NCBI RefSeq assembly: GCF_042660085.1 | Contig: NZ_JBHSTI010000008.1 | Location: 120,001 to 152,000, forward strand | Length of the DNA stretch: 32,000 bases | Origin: Longivirga aurantiaca | GTDB taxonomy: Bacteria > Actinomycetota > Actinomycetes > S36-B12 > CAIYMF01 | Direction of reading: 5' to 3' | Part shown: positions 16,449 to 26,672 of the stretch, in pieces | How positions within the stretch are numbered: the first letter of the stretch is position 1 | How the letters are laid out: every line of letters begins with the position of its first letter | Made by a program: the position numbers and the translations under genes | Notes under the pieces: generated by a model | What the model saw: only the letters and a program-made list of their open reading frames with translations | Database searches by the model: none | Told to the model about the DNA's origin: nothing

Positions 16449-17380
16449 GCGCGGTGCGGGTCGCGACCCGCGCGAGCCTGCTCGCCCGCACACAGTCGGG
16501 GATCGTCGCGGACGCGCTGCGCGCACGGCTCGACCGCGAGGTCGTGCTCGTCGAGGTGAGCACGCGCGGCGACGTCGACCAGACCACGCCCCTCGCGTCC
16601 TTCGGCGGTGTCGGGGTCTTCGTCTCCGCCGTGCGCGACGCCGTGCTGCGCGGTGATGCCGACGTCGCCGTCCACTCGCTCAAGGACCTCCCGACCGCGC
16701 CCGCCGAGGGTCTGCGCCTCGCCGCGGTGCCCCCGCGCGAGGACGCCCGCGACGTGCTGGTGGCCCGCGACGGCGGAACGGTCGCCACGCTCCCGGCTGG
16801 TGCCTCGGTCGGCACGGGTTCGCCGCGCCGCGCCGCGCAGCTGCGCGCGCTGCGCCCCGACCTGCACGTCGTTCCCGTCCGCGGCAACGTGGACACCCGC
16901 GTGCGCAAGGTGGTCGATGGCGAGCTCGACGCCGTCGTCCTGGCCCACGCAGGTCTCGCCAGGCTCGACCGCCTCGACGCGGTCACCGAGGTGCTCGAGA
17001 CCGACCAGATGCTGCCCGCACCCGGACAGGGTGCGCTGGCTGTCGAGTGCCGCGACGTCGAGGACGACGCCGCGCTGCTCGACGCGCTCCGCGACCTCGA
17101 CGACGACGCGACCCGCGTCGCCGTCACCGCGGAGCGATCCCTCCTCGCCGCCCTCGAGGCCGGTTGCTCGGCGCCTGTCGGCGCCCACGCCACCGTCTCG
17201 GGAGCCCCCGGCGAGGCGGTCGTGCACCTGACCGGAGCCGTCGTCAGCGACGACGGCCGGGTCCAGGTGCGGAAGTCGGTCACCGGGCCTGCCGGCGACG
17301 CGGAGCAGGTGGGCCGATCGCTGGCCGCCGACCTCCTCGCCGCCGGTGCGCCCGGTCTCGTGAACGGAACACGCCCATGA
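16445..17380 (+). CDS. hemC: Hydroxymethylbilane synthase (porphobilinogen deaminase)
   Basis: GTG 16445 overlaps the hemA stop (GTGA). HemC motifs are present (VRVATRASLLARTQS, HSLKDLPT, GTGSPRRAAQL, RGNVDTR, PAPGQGALAVE, GCSAPVGA). It is embedded in an artefactual 773-aa track ORF. Confidence 0.9.
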   Translation: MSAVRVATRASLLARTQSGIVADALRARLDREVVLVEVSTRGDVDQTTPLASFGGVGVFVSAVRDAVLRGDADVAVHSLKDLPTAPAEGLRLAAVPPREDARDVLVARDGGTVATLPAGASVGTGSPRRAAQLRALRPDLHVVPVRGNVDTRVRKVVDGELDAVVLAHAGLARLDRLDAVTEVLETDQMLPAPGQGALAVECRDVEDDAALLDALRDLDDDATRVAVTAERSLLAALEAGCSAPVGAHATVSGAPGEAVVHLTGAVVSDDGRVQVRKSVTGPAGDAEQVGRSLAADLLAAGAPGLVNGTRP

Positions 17381-18987
17381 GCGGCACCCAGAACCGCACC
17401 AAGAAGAAGCCCTTCGGCTCGATCGCCCTCGTGGCGGTCGGCCCCGGGGACCCCGACCTGCTGACGCTGCGCGCCGCCGCGCTGCTCCGCGAGGCCGACC
17501 TGGTCCTCGCGGACGCCGACGTCGTCGACCTCGCGCGCACGCTCGCCGGGGCCGAGGCCGACGTGAGCGCCGCGCTCGACGAGGACGGCCTGCCGCTCTC
17601 GCACGCCGCGCGCGCCAAGGTCGTGGCCGACGCGGCCAAGGCGGGGCAGGCCGTCGTGCGCCTCTTCTCCGGCGACCCCCTCCTCGACGGTGCGCTCCTC
17701 ACCGAGGCCGGCGCGCTCGCGAAGGCGAAGGTGCCGTTCGACGTCGCCCCCGGCGTCTCGACGCTCACCGGAATCCCGGCGTACGCCGGCGTCGGGCTCC
17801 TCGGCGGCAAGCAGCGCGAGGTGCACGTGCTCGACGCCGACGACCCCGCTGTCGACTGGGCCGCGCACTCCGACCCGCGCGTCACCGTCGTGGTGCTCAA
17901 CGGCGCCGACCGCGCCGCCGAGGTCGCCCGCGCCCTCGTGCAGGGCGGTCGCGCCGAGTCGACGCCGGTCGCGGTGACCCGCGGCGGCACGACCGTGGAG
18001 CAGCGCACGATCACCTCCACGCTCGCCGAGCTGCCCGCGGCGGTGAAGGCTGCGAAGCAGGCCGGTCCTGGCCTCGTCGTCATCGGCGACACCGTCGCCC
18101 AGCGCGACAAGCTCTCGTGGTTCGAGACCAAGCCCCTGTTCGGCTGGAGGGTCCTCGTGCCGCGGACGCGCGAGCAGGCCGGTGCTCTCAGCCAGCAGCT
18201 CACCCGTTTCGGCGCCGTCGGCGTCGAGGTGCCCACCATCTCGGTGGAGCCCCCGCGCACCCCGCAGCAGATGGAGCGCGCGATCACGGGCCTCGTGTCC
18301 GGCCGCTTCCAGTGGGTCGTGTTCACCAGTGCGAACGCGGTGAAGGCCGTGCGCGAGAAGTTCGAGGAGTACGGCCTCGACGCCCGCGCCTTCGCCGGTC
18401 TCAAGGTCGCCGCGGTCGGTGACCAGACCGCCGCGTCGCTGATCTCGTTCGGCGTCCGCCCCGACCTCGTCCCGAGCGGCGAGCAGAGCAGCGTCGGCCT
18501 CCTCGAGGACTTCCCCGAGTTCGACCCGATCTTCGACCCGATCAACCGCGTGTTCCTGCCGCGCGCCGACATCGCCACCGACACGCTCGTCGCCGGCCTC
18601 GTCGAGCTCGGCTGGGAGATCGAGGACGTCACGGCGTACCGCACCGTCCGTGCGGCGCCGCCGGCGGCGGAGACCCGCGAGGCCATCAAGACCGGTGGCT
18701 TCGACGCGGTGCTCTTCACGTCCTCGAGCACGGTGCGCAACCTCGTCGGCATCGCGGGCAAGCCGCACGCGTCGACCGTCGTCGCGTGCATCGGCCCGGC
18801 CACGGCCAAGACTGCGGAGGAGCACGGCCTGCGCGTCGACGTGCTCGCCGAGACGCCGTCGGTCGTCGCCCTCGCCGACGCGCTCGCGGCGCACGGCGAC
18901 GCCCTGAGGCTCGCCGCCCTCGAGCAGGGCGAGCAGGTCTGGCGCCCCAGCAAGCGCCGTGGTGCGGCCCGTCGCAAGGCGACCTGA
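17377..18987 (+). CDS. hemD: Fused uroporphyrinogen-III C-methyltransferase-like domain and uroporphyrinogen-III synthase (Rv0511-type)
   Basis: ATG 17377 overlaps the hemC stop (ATGA). The N-terminal domain is a tetrapyrrole methylase ([31 protein letters not shown]). The C-terminal domain is HemD-like ([13 protein letters not shown] ... [12 protein letters not shown]). Confidence 0.85.
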   Translation: MSGTQNRTKKKPFGSIALVAVGPGDPDLLTLRAAALLREADLVLADADVVDLARTLAGAEADVSAALDEDGLPLSHAARAKVVADAAKAGQAVVRLFSGDPLLDGALLTEAGALAKAKVPFDVAPGVSTLTGIPAYAGVGLLGGKQREVHVLDADDPAVDWAAHSDPRVTVVVLNGADRAAEVARALVQGGRAESTPVAVTRGGTTVEQRTITSTLAELPAAVKAAKQAGPGLVVIGDTVAQRDKLSWFETKPLFGWRVLVPRTREQAGALSQQLTRFGAVGVEVPTISVEPPRTPQQMERAITGLVSGRFQWVVFTSANAVKAVREKFEEYGLDARAFAGLKVAAVGDQTAASLISFGVRPDLVPSGEQSSVGLLEDFPEFDPIFDPINRVFLPRADIATDTLVAGLVELGWEIEDVTAYRTVRAAPPAAETREAIKTGGFDAVLFTSSSTVRNLVGIAGKPHASTVVACIGPATAKTAEEHGLRVDVLAETPSVVALADALAAHGDALRLAALEQGEQVWRPSKRRGAARRKAT

Positions 18988-18989
18988 TC

Positions 18990-19976
18990 GTGGGATTCCC
19001 GGTCGAGCGTCCGCGGCGTCTGCGGCGCACGCCTGCCCTCAGGAGGCTGGTCGCCGAGACGCGCCTGCACCCTGCGGGTCTCGTGCTGCCGCTCTTCGTC
19101 CGTGAGGGTCTCGCCGAGCCGGCAGCGATCTCGTCGCTGCCGGGCGTCGTGCAGCACAGCCGCGACTCGCTGCGGGCAGCGGCAGCGGAGGCGGCGTACC
19201 TCGGGCTCGGCGGCGTGATGCTCTTCGCCGTCCCGGCGGCTCGGGACGCCGTCGGCAGCGCGGCCAGCGACCCGGACGGCATCCTCAACCTCGCGGTCGC
19301 GGACGTCCGCGCCGAGGTCGGCGACTCGCTCGTCGTGATGGCCGACCTCTGCCTCGACGAGTTCACCGACCACGGGCACTGCGGCGTGCTCGACAAGGAC
19401 GGCGGGGTCGACAACGACGCCACCCTCGTCCGGTACGCCGAGATGGCCATGGCTCTGGCCGACGCGGGGGCCGACGTCGTCGGCACCAGCGGCATGATGG
19501 ACGGCCAGGTCGGGGTCGTGCGGTCGGCGCTCGACGAGGTGTCGGCGCAGCACGTGCTGGTGCTCGCGTACGCCGCGAAGTACGCATCCGCGCTGTACGG
19601 CCCGTTCCGCGAGGCGGTCGACAGCCAGCTGCAGGGCGACCGGCGCACCTACCAGCAGGACCCGGCCAACCTCCGCGAGGCGCTGCGCGAGCTGCGCCTC
19701 GACGTCGAGGAGGGCGCGGACATGGTGATGGTCAAGCCCGCGAGCCTCTACCTCGACGTGCTGCGCGAGGTGGCCGGCCTCGTCGACGTCCCCGTCGCGG
19801 CCTACCAGGTCAGCGGCGAGTACGCGATGGTCGAGGCGGCCGCCGAGCGCGGATGGATCGACCGCGACCGCGCGATCGCCGAGTCGATCACCTCGATCCA
19901 CCGGGCGGGCGCGGACGTCGTCCTCACCTACTGGGCCGCCGAGGTGGCCCGCTGGATCGCGGAGGGTCGCGCATGA
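18990..19976 (+). CDS. hemB: Porphobilinogen synthase (delta-aminolevulinate dehydratase)
   Basis: GTG 18990 lies 2 nt after the hemD stop. HemB motifs are present ([55 protein letters not shown]). Confidence 0.9.
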   Translation: MGFPVERPRRLRRTPALRRLVAETRLHPAGLVLPLFVREGLAEPAAISSLPGVVQHSRDSLRAAAAEAAYLGLGGVMLFAVPAARDAVGSAASDPDGILNLAVADVRAEVGDSLVVMADLCLDEFTDHGHCGVLDKDGGVDNDATLVRYAEMAMALADAGADVVGTSGMMDGQVGVVRSALDEVSAQHVLVLAYAAKYASALYGPFREAVDSQLQGDRRTYQQDPANLREALRELRLDVEEGADMVMVKPASLYLDVLREVAGLVDVPVAAYQVSGEYAMVEAAAERGWIDRDRAIAESITSIHRAGADVVLTYWAAEVARWIAEGRA

Positions 19977-21322
19977 GCACGCCGTACGCCGACGCCGCAC
20001 CCGTGTCGCAGGAGCTGTTCGCCCGCGGCCGCGAGGTGACGCCGGGCGGCGTCAACTCGCCCGTCCGCGCGTTCCGCGCCGTGGGTGGAACGCCGCGCTT
20101 CATGGCGAGCGGCCGCGGCCCGTACATCACCGACGTCGACGGCCGCGAGTACCTCGACCTCGTCTGCTCCTGGGGCCCCATGGTCCTCGGCCACGCGCAC
20201 CCGTCGGTCGTGCAGGCGATCCAGGACGCCGCTACCCGCGGCTTCTCGTTCGGCACGCCGGGGGAGGGCGAGGTGCTGCTCGCCGAGGAGATCGTGGGCC
20301 GCGTCGACGCCGTCCAGCAGGTGCGCCTCGTCAGCAGCGGCACCGAGGCGACGATGTCGGCGATCCGGCTCGCGCGCGGCTTCACCGGCCGGTCCAAGGT
20401 CGTGAAGTTCGCCGGCTGCTACCACGGCCACGTCGACTCCCTCCTCGCCGCTGCCGGCTCGGGCATCGCGACCTTCGCGCTTCCCGACACTCCGGGCGTC
20501 ACGGGAGCCCAGGCGCACGAGACGATCGTGCTGCCCTACAACGACCTCGCCGCGGTCGAGGCTGCGTTCGCCGCCCACGGCGACGACATCGCCGCCGTGA
20601 TCACCGAGGCCGCGGCAGCCAACATGGGCGTGGTGGCGCCGCAGCCCGGCTTCAACGAGGCGCTGGCGCGCATCGCCCAGGCGCACGGGGCGCTGTTCGT
20701 CATCGACGAGGTGATGACCGGGTTCCGCGTCGCCCGCGGCGGCTGGCTCGAGCTCGAGGCCCGTGAGGACCCCTCGTGGAGGCCAGACCTCGTCACGTTC
20801 GGCAAGGTCATGGGCGGCGGCCTCCCGGCCGCTGCCTTCGGAGGTCGCGCCGACGTCATGGCGCACCTCGCGCCGGCCGGCCCGGTCTACCAGGCGGGCA
20901 CCCTCGCGGGTAACCCCGTCGCCGCGGCCTGCGGCCTCGCGACGCTCGCGCAGTGCACGCCCGACGTCTACACCCACCTCGACGCCACGGCCGCCACGGT
21001 CGGGCGCCTCGTGTCCGAGGCGCTGGCAGCCGAGGGCGTGGTGCACACCCTCGCCACGGCCGGCAACCTGTTCTCGGTGTTCTTCACCGGCACCCTGCCG
21101 AAGGACTACGACGAGGCGCGGACCCAGGAGTCGTGGCGGTACGCCGCCTTCTTCCACGCCATGCTGGACCGGGGCGTCTACCTGCCGCCGAGCGCGTTCG
21201 AGGCGTGGTTCGTGTCCGCGTCCCACGACGACGCCGCGCTCGACCGGCTCGTCGCCGCCCTCCCCGCCGCGGCGCGTGCCGCGGCATCCGCACATCCCGA
21301 CGTCGCGAAGGAGTTCGTGTGA
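19973..21322 (+). CDS. hemL: Glutamate-1-semialdehyde 2,1-aminomutase
   Basis: ATG 19973 overlaps the hemB stop (ATGA). HemL motifs are present ([48 protein letters not shown]-like [19 protein letters not shown]). Confidence 0.95.
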   Translation: MSTPYADAAPVSQELFARGREVTPGGVNSPVRAFRAVGGTPRFMASGRGPYITDVDGREYLDLVCSWGPMVLGHAHPSVVQAIQDAATRGFSFGTPGEGEVLLAEEIVGRVDAVQQVRLVSSGTEATMSAIRLARGFTGRSKVVKFAGCYHGHVDSLLAAAGSGIATFALPDTPGVTGAQAHETIVLPYNDLAAVEAAFAAHGDDIAAVITEAAAANMGVVAPQPGFNEALARIAQAHGALFVIDEVMTGFRVARGGWLELEAREDPSWRPDLVTFGKVMGGGLPAAAFGGRADVMAHLAPAGPVYQAGTLAGNPVAAACGLATLAQCTPDVYTHLDATAATVGRLVSEALAAEGVVHTLATAGNLFSVFFTGTLPKDYDEARTQESWRYAAFFHAMLDRGVYLPPSAFEAWFVSASHDDAALDRLVAALPAAARAAASAHPDVAKEFV

Positions 21323-21972
21323 GCACCCGTACCGTCGTCCACCTGCTGCGCCACGGTGAGGTCCACAACCCCACCGGCGTGCTCTACGGCAGGCTCCCGG
21401 GCTTCACGCTCTCCACGCTCGGCGAGCAGATGGCCGAGCGCGCCGCCGACGCGCTGGCCGACCGCGACATCACCCATGTCGTCTCCTCGCCGCTCGAGCG
21501 CGCGCAGCAGACGGCAGCACCCGTGGCGGCCAGGCACGGGCTGCGCGTCTCGATCGACGACCGCATCATCGAGGCCGACAACATCTTCGAGGGCCAGCGC
21601 GTCGGCGTCGGCGACGGCGTCCTCAAGAACCCCAAGGCCTGGCGGCACCTCTACAACCCGTTCACCCCGAGCTGGGGCGAGCCGTACGTCGAGCTCGCAG
21701 GCCGCATGCGTGCCGCGGTCGCGGCCGCTCGCTCGGCAGCCCGCGGGCACGAGGCCGTCCTCGTCAGCCACCAGCTGCCGGTGTGGATCGCGCGGCTCGA
21801 CGCCGAGCAGCGCCGGTTCGTCCACGACCCGCGCAAGCGTCAGTGCGGGCTCGCCAGCCTGACGTCGCTCACGTTCGACGACGACAAGCTCGTGGCGATC
21901 ACCTACACCGAGCCGTCGGCCGACCTCGTCCGCGCCGCCGGGAAGTCCGCGGCGCAGGCCAAGGGCGCCTGA
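21319..21972 (+). CDS. Histidine phosphatase family protein (phosphoglycerate-mutase-like, Rv0525-type)
   Basis: GTG 21319 overlaps the hemL stop (GTGA). It has the catalytic RHG motif ([10 protein letters not shown]) and later [11 protein letters not shown] and VSHQLP. Confidence 0.8.
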   Translation: MSTRTVVHLLRHGEVHNPTGVLYGRLPGFTLSTLGEQMAERAADALADRDITHVVSSPLERAQQTAAPVAARHGLRVSIDDRIIEADNIFEGQRVGVGDGVLKNPKAWRHLYNPFTPSWGEPYVELAGRMRAAVAAARSAARGHEAVLVSHQLPVWIARLDAEQRRFVHDPRKRQCGLASLTSLTFDDDKLVAITYTEPSADLVRAAGKSAAQAKGA

Positions 21973-22114
21973 TCGGTGTGACGCAGTCGCCGGACCGGTG
22001 GGAAACCTCCCGGGGCTGCGGCTCGTCCACACTGCGCGCCCGAAGCCCGCGCGCCCGAAGCGCTGCGCCCGTCCCGCCTCACCCGCCCGTCCGAACGCCC
22101 GAGGAGAGCCCGTC

Positions 22115-22714
22115 GTGACCGCCCGAGGACGCCGCACCCGCCGCGCCGCGGGTGCCGTTGCCCTGGCCGCGGCCGCGCTCCTGCTGTCGGCCTGCTCGGC
22201 CACCTCCGGATCGGTCGACGGCTCGACGCGCTACGTCGCCGGCGACGGCTCGACGGTGCTGCTCGCCCCGGGCGAGCGCGCGGCCGCTCCGGCGCTCGCC
22301 GGCACGACCCTGGACGGCGACGCCCTCGACATCGCGTCGTACCGCGGCAAGGTCGTCGTGGTGAACCTGTGGGCCTCCTGGTGCTCGCCGTGCCGCGCCG
22401 AGGCCGGCGTGCTCGAGAGCACCTACACCGAGACCAAGGGCAAGGGTGTCGAGTTCGTCGGCATCGTCTCCGGCGGCAAGGACTCGATCGACAACGCGCG
22501 CGCCTTCGCCCGCAAGTTCGACATGTCGTACCCCTCGATGTTCGACGCCGACAACTCCCTGGTGCTGGCCTTCCGCGGGCAGCTGCCGCCGTCCGCGATC
22601 CCGACCACGCTGGTGCTCGACCGCGAGGGCCGGGTGGCCGCGCGGGCGCTCGGCGAGGTCGACCGCTCGCGTCTGCTCGGCATGATCGAGCCGGTGCTGG
22701 CGGAGGCGTCATGA
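22115..22714 (+). CDS. TlpA/ResA-like thiol-disulfide oxidoreductase lipoprotein
   Basis: GTG 22115 is preceded by GAGGAGAG (22101-22108). The signal peptide has a lipobox (AAALLLSAC). It has a thioredoxin-fold CxxC motif (NLWASWCSPCRAE). The track start at 21998 adds an R/P-rich extension. Confidence 0.8.
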   Translation: MTARGRRTRRAAGAVALAAAALLLSACSATSGSVDGSTRYVAGDGSTVLLAPGERAAAPALAGTTLDGDALDIASYRGKVVVVNLWASWCSPCRAEAGVLESTYTETKGKGVEFVGIVSGGKDSIDNARAFARKFDMSYPSMFDADNSLVLAFRGQLPPSAIPTTLVLDREGRVAARALGEVDRSRLLGMIEPVLAEAS

Positions 22715-23529
22715 GCGTCGTCGACACGGTCGTGTCGGGCTCGCTGCTCGTGGCCGCCCCGCTGGCCTTCGCAGCCGGCGTCGTGTCGTTCCTGTCGCCG
22801 TGCGTCCTCCCTCTCGTGCCCGGCTACCTGTCGTACGTCACCGGCCTGTCCGGGGCGGAGCTCGCCGGCGAGCCGGACACCGCGGCCGCGCGCCGCCGGG
22901 GAACCGCCGACGGCGACGTCCTGGTCGAGGCGGAGGTGTCGGCACCTGCGGCGCGGACCCGCGTGCTCGTCGGCTCGGTCCTGTTCGTCCTCGGCTTCAC
23001 CGCGGTCTTCGTGGCGTACGGCGCGGCGTTCGGCGCCCTGGGGGAGTCGCTGTTCCGCTACCAGGACCAGATCTCGCGCGTGCTCGGCGTGGTGGTCGTC
23101 GTCCTCGGCCTGTCCTTCCTCGGCGTGATCCCCGGGATGCAGCGCGAGTGGCGGATGCACCGGCTGCCGAAGGTGGGCCTCTGGGGCGCCCCGCTGCTCG
23201 GCGTGCTGTTCGGCCTCGGCTGGACCCCGTGCATCGGCCCGACGCTCGGCGCCGTGCAGACCCTGGCCTTCACCGAGGCCAGCGCGGCCCGCGGCGCGCT
23301 GCTGTCGGCGTTCTACTGCCTCGGCCTCGGCCTCCCGTTCGTCCTCGTCGGCCTCCTCTACCGTCGCGCGCTCGGCGCGATCGGCTGGGTGCGCCGGCAC
23401 AGCCTGGTCGTCATGCGGATCGGGGGCGGGCTCCTCGTGCTGATCGGCCTGCTGCTCGTCACCGGCCTCTGGGACGACCTGACCATCGGCCTGCGCTCGT
23501 GGGCCGGCAGCTTCGGGGTCTGGCTATGA
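22711..23529 (+). CDS. ccdA: Cytochrome c biogenesis protein CcdA (thiol-reductant transporter)
   Basis: ATG 22711 overlaps the upstream stop (ATGA). The product is multi-pass membrane protein with the two conserved Cys motifs (FLSPCVLPLVPGY and GWTPCIGP). Confidence 0.85.
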   Translation: MSVVDTVVSGSLLVAAPLAFAAGVVSFLSPCVLPLVPGYLSYVTGLSGAELAGEPDTAAARRRGTADGDVLVEAEVSAPAARTRVLVGSVLFVLGFTAVFVAYGAAFGALGESLFRYQDQISRVLGVVVVVLGLSFLGVIPGMQREWRMHRLPKVGLWGAPLLGVLFGLGWTPCIGPTLGAVQTLAFTEASAARGALLSAFYCLGLGLPFVLVGLLYRRALGAIGWVRRHSLVVMRIGGGLLVLIGLLLVTGLWDDLTIGLRSWAGSFGVWL

Positions 23530-23542
23530 GCGGGGTGCGGCC

Positions 23543-25174
23543 GTGAGCGACCAGGTCGACGACGCCGTGCGCGACGCCGACGACACCCGCAGCGGGCTGT
23601 CGACTGCGCCGGCCGAGGTCGACTCCTCGACGACGGTCGTGGGGCTCGGCGTCCTCGGCTGGGTGCGCTGGGGATGGCGCACCCTCACGAGCATGCGCAC
23701 GGCTCTCGTGCTCCTGTTCCTGCTCGCGGTCGCGTCGGTGCCCGGGTCGGTCTTCCCGCAGCGCGGCACCGACCCGATCAAGGTCACGCAGTACCTCGCC
23801 GACGACCCCACCAAGGGGGAGATCCTCGACCGGCTCGGCATGTTCGACGTCTTCGCCTCGCCGTGGTTCGCCGCGATCTACCTGCTGCTGTTCATCTCGC
23901 TCGCGGGCTGCGTGATCCCGCGCTCCCTGCAGCACTGGAAGGCCATGCGCTCGCGCCCGCCGGCGGCGCCGCGCAACCTCAGCCGGCTCCCCGAGCACCG
24001 CCGCGTCGAGACCGACGCCGAGGCCTCCGAGGTGCTCGCGTCGGCAGCTGCGCTCCTGCGCGGGAAGCGGTGGCGCGTCGACGTCGCCGACGACTCGGTG
24101 GCGGCCGAGAAGGGCTACAGCAGGGAGACGGGGAACCTCGTCTTCCACCTGGCGCTGCTGGTCCTGCTGCTCGGCGTCGCGCTCGGGTCGCTCGGCGGCT
24201 TCCGCGGCAACGTCGTCGTCCGGGAGGGCAGCTCGTTCGCCAACACGCTCTCGCAGTTCGACTCGTTCGCGCCGGGTCGCGGCTTCGACCCGGAGTCCCT
24301 GCAGCCGTTCAGCTTCACCCTCGACGACTTCACGGCGCAGTTCGAGCGCGGCGGCCCGCAGTCCGGGGCGCCGCGGCAGTTCGTCGCGGATGTCACGGTC
24401 GTCAGCGAGCCCGGCGCCGTGCCGGAGAAGGCGCGCATCGAGGTCAACGCGCCGCTCGTCATCGGCGGCGAGAAGGTCTTCCTGGTCGGCCACGGCTACG
24501 CGCCGACGATCACCGTGACCGACAAGGACGGCGAGATCGTCTTCCGCGACTCGGTGGTGTGCCTGCCTCAGGACGGCAACTTCAGCTCGACCTGCGTCGT
24601 GAAGGTGCCGGACGCGTCACCGCAGCTGGGCCTCACCGGCTTCTTCCTGCCGACGGCGGCCGTCGACGACATCCGCGGCCCGCACTCGACCTTCCCCGCG
24701 ACCGACGACCCCGCGGTCTTCCTCTCGGCGTGGGAGGGCGACCTCGGCCTCGACAGCGGGCGGCCGCAGTCGGTCTTCAAGCTCGAGACGACGAACATGA
24801 CGCGCCTCGGCATCGAGGCCCTGCGCCCGGGCGAGACCTGGACGCTCGAGGACGGCACCACCGTCTCGTTCGACGGCTACGTGCAGTTCGCGTCGTTCGC
24901 CATCGCCCAGGACCCCGGCAAGGAGATCGCGCTCGTCGCGTCGATCGCTGCGATGACGGGTCTGGCGCTGTCGCTGCTCGTCCGACGTCGCAGGGTCTGG
25001 GTGCGGGTGGCGTCCGGAGCATCAGGCATTACCGTGGTCGACGTCGCCGGGCTGACCCGGTCCGAGCACGCCAGCGTGGCCGACGAGGTCGACGAGGTGG
25101 CCTCGGCCCTGGGATCACCCGCGGGGGCCTCGACGGCGCAGGGCAGCACGGGAGCAGAAGGAGCACCGGAGTGA
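23543..25174 (+). CDS. resB: Cytochrome c biogenesis protein ResB
   Basis: It is a 543-aa ORF starting at GTG 23543. It has the ResB pattern (LTSMRTALVLLFLLAVASVPGSVFPQR, WFAAIYLLLFISLAGC, a large extracytoplasmic domain and a C-terminal TM segment). Confidence 0.85.
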   Translation: MSDQVDDAVRDADDTRSGLSTAPAEVDSSTTVVGLGVLGWVRWGWRTLTSMRTALVLLFLLAVASVPGSVFPQRGTDPIKVTQYLADDPTKGEILDRLGMFDVFASPWFAAIYLLLFISLAGCVIPRSLQHWKAMRSRPPAAPRNLSRLPEHRRVETDAEASEVLASAAALLRGKRWRVDVADDSVAAEKGYSRETGNLVFHLALLVLLLGVALGSLGGFRGNVVVREGSSFANTLSQFDSFAPGRGFDPESLQPFSFTLDDFTAQFERGGPQSGAPRQFVADVTVVSEPGAVPEKARIEVNAPLVIGGEKVFLVGHGYAPTITVTDKDGEIVFRDSVVCLPQDGNFSSTCVVKVPDASPQLGLTGFFLPTAAVDDIRGPHSTFPATDDPAVFLSAWEGDLGLDSGRPQSVFKLETTNMTRLGIEALRPGETWTLEDGTTVSFDGYVQFASFAIAQDPGKEIALVASIAAMTGLALSLLVRRRRVWVRVASGASGITVVDVAGLTRSEHASVADEVDEVASALGSPAGASTAQGSTGAEGAPE

Positions 25175-26166
25175 CGGTCAACGTGGCGTTCGCCGAGCTG
25201 AGCCTCGACCTCGTGTACGCGGCGATGGCCGTCTACACGGTCGCGATGTTCACGTTCGCGGTGTCGTTCGCAGCCACGAAGGGCCGCGACCTCGCTCCCG
25301 CCACGGCCGACGGCGCCGCCGCGACGGCGGGCGAGGGCTCGGTCGCCGTCGCCACCAAGACCGAGGTCGCCCTGGGCGGGCCCGACGACGGCGCGCTGCC
25401 CGCGGGCCGCCGGTCGGCCAACATCGCGATGTCGGTGATGTGGCTCGGGACGATCCTGCTCGCGCTCGGTCTGCTCTTCCGCGGCCTCTCGGTCATGCGC
25501 GCCCCCTGGGGCAACATGTACGAGTTCTCGATCACCTCGGCCCTCGCCATCTCCGCGACCTACCTCCTGATCTCGCTCAAGCGGGACGTGCGCTGGCTCG
25601 GGCTGTTCGTCGTGCCCACGGTGCTGCTGATCCTCGGCCTCGCCGTCACCGTGCTGTACGTCGACGCGGCCCAGCTCGTGCCCGCGCTTCGCGGCGTCTG
25701 GCTCGTGATCCACGTGTCGGCCGCCACCGTCTGCGCCGGCGCGTTCAGCCTGGGTGCGGCGCTCTCGGCCCTCTTCCTCGTCGCCGACTCGGGAGAGCGG
25801 CGCGCCGCCGAGGGCCGGTCGTACTGGCTGTCCGGGCTCGCAAAGCGCCTGCCCGAGTCGCAGAAGCTCGACGGGCTGGCCTACCGCATCCACGCGTTCA
25901 TGTTCCCGCTGTGGACCTTCACGATCGTGGCCGGCGCGATCTGGGCCGAGAACGCCTGGGGCCGCTACTGGGGCTGGGACCCGAAGGAGACCTGGGCGTT
26001 CATCACCTGGGTCGGCTATGCCGCGTACCTGCACGCTCGGGCGACCGCCGGGTGGAAGGGTCGCAAGGCCGCCTACATCGCCTTCGTCGCGTTCGGGTGC
26101 TTCGTGTTCAACTACTTCGGCGTGAACATCCTGATGAGCGGCCTGCACTCCTACGGCGGCCTGTGA
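25171..26166 (+). CDS. ccsB: c-type cytochrome biogenesis protein CcsB (ResC)
   Basis: GTG 25171 overlaps the resB stop (GTGA). It has the Trp-rich heme-handling motif WGRYWGWDPKETW and conserved His residues. It is hidden in the artefactual 830-aa track ORF 23674..26166. Confidence 0.9.
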   Translation: MTVNVAFAELSLDLVYAAMAVYTVAMFTFAVSFAATKGRDLAPATADGAAATAGEGSVAVATKTEVALGGPDDGALPAGRRSANIAMSVMWLGTILLALGLLFRGLSVMRAPWGNMYEFSITSALAISATYLLISLKRDVRWLGLFVVPTVLLILGLAVTVLYVDAAQLVPALRGVWLVIHVSAATVCAGAFSLGAALSALFLVADSGERRAAEGRSYWLSGLAKRLPESQKLDGLAYRIHAFMFPLWTFTIVAGAIWAENAWGRYWGWDPKETWAFITWVGYAAYLHARATAGWKGRKAAYIAFVAFGCFVFNYFGVNILMSGLHSYGGL

Positions 26167-26268
26167 TCGAGTGCGCCGGACGGCGACCGCGCGCGCTCTG
26201 CGCGGGGCCGACGTACTCTCCGTGCATGGGCGCGAGGCACGGCGACAGTTCGAGGGAGGTGGGTTGAG

Positions 26269-26625
26269 GTGGGCAGGTTCCTGATCTACGGCATCGCGTT
26301 CGTCGTGGTGCTGTACGCGTTCATCGACGTGGTGCTGAGCCGCGGCGACGACGTCCGCTCGCTCCCGAAGCCGCTGTGGGCCGTCCTCGTGCTCGTCCTG
26401 CCCCTGCTCGGCGCGGTCGGCTGGTTCGTCTGGGGACGCCCGCGTGCCGCCGGCAACGGCGGCGGCCTGGTCCCGGGCCGTGGGCGCGGCCCGGTGGCCC
26501 CGGACGACGACCCGGCGTTCCTGCGTCAGATCGACGACGTGACCTGGTCGGAGAAGATGCGTCAGCGCCGCGAGAAGCGCGACGGTGGCGGCGCGCCTGG
26601 CGCCGGCGCCGGCCCCGCCGCCTGA
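26269..26625 (+). CDS. PLD-nuclease N-terminal (PLDc_N) domain membrane protein, copy 1
   Basis: GTG 26269 is preceded by GGGAGGTGGG. It has two TM helices with the PLDc_N-like pattern (YAFIDVV...LPKPLWAVLVLVLPLLGAVGWFVWGRP). A DDDPAFLRQI motif and a basic tail follow. Confidence 0.65.
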   Translation: MGRFLIYGIAFVVVLYAFIDVVLSRGDDVRSLPKPLWAVLVLVLPLLGAVGWFVWGRPRAAGNGGGLVPGRGRGPVAPDDDPAFLRQIDDVTWSEKMRQRREKRDGGGAPGAGAGPAA

Positions 26626-26672
26626 CGCTGCCGCGCGCGCGACCGCGGCCGCCGGTGCACCCGGTTCGGCCG

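Noticed and set aside
14718-20000. Very long ORFs antisense to the hem operon (14718..16526, 16357..18894 and 17280..20000, up to 906 aa). Similar ones occur elsewhere (345..1496, 3477..4988, 5593..7152, 24877..26733, 30243..31742).
   Set aside because: Their translations are Arg/Ala/Gly/Pro-rich and low-complexity, with no recognisable motifs. Each lies opposite a gene with clear family signatures. Long stop-free antisense frames are expected in very GC-rich DNA.
21998-22114. An earlier start for the TlpA/ResA-like gene.
   Set aside because: The extension is Arg/Pro-rich. GTG 22115 has a strong GAGGAGAG SD and yields a canonical lipoprotein signal peptide with an LSAC lipobox.
23674-25170. 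The first ~500 aa of the 830-aa ORF 23674..26166.
   Set aside because: This part is an out-of-frame overlap of resB with R/G/P-rich content. CcsB homology starts at GTG 25171, which is coupled to the resB stop.
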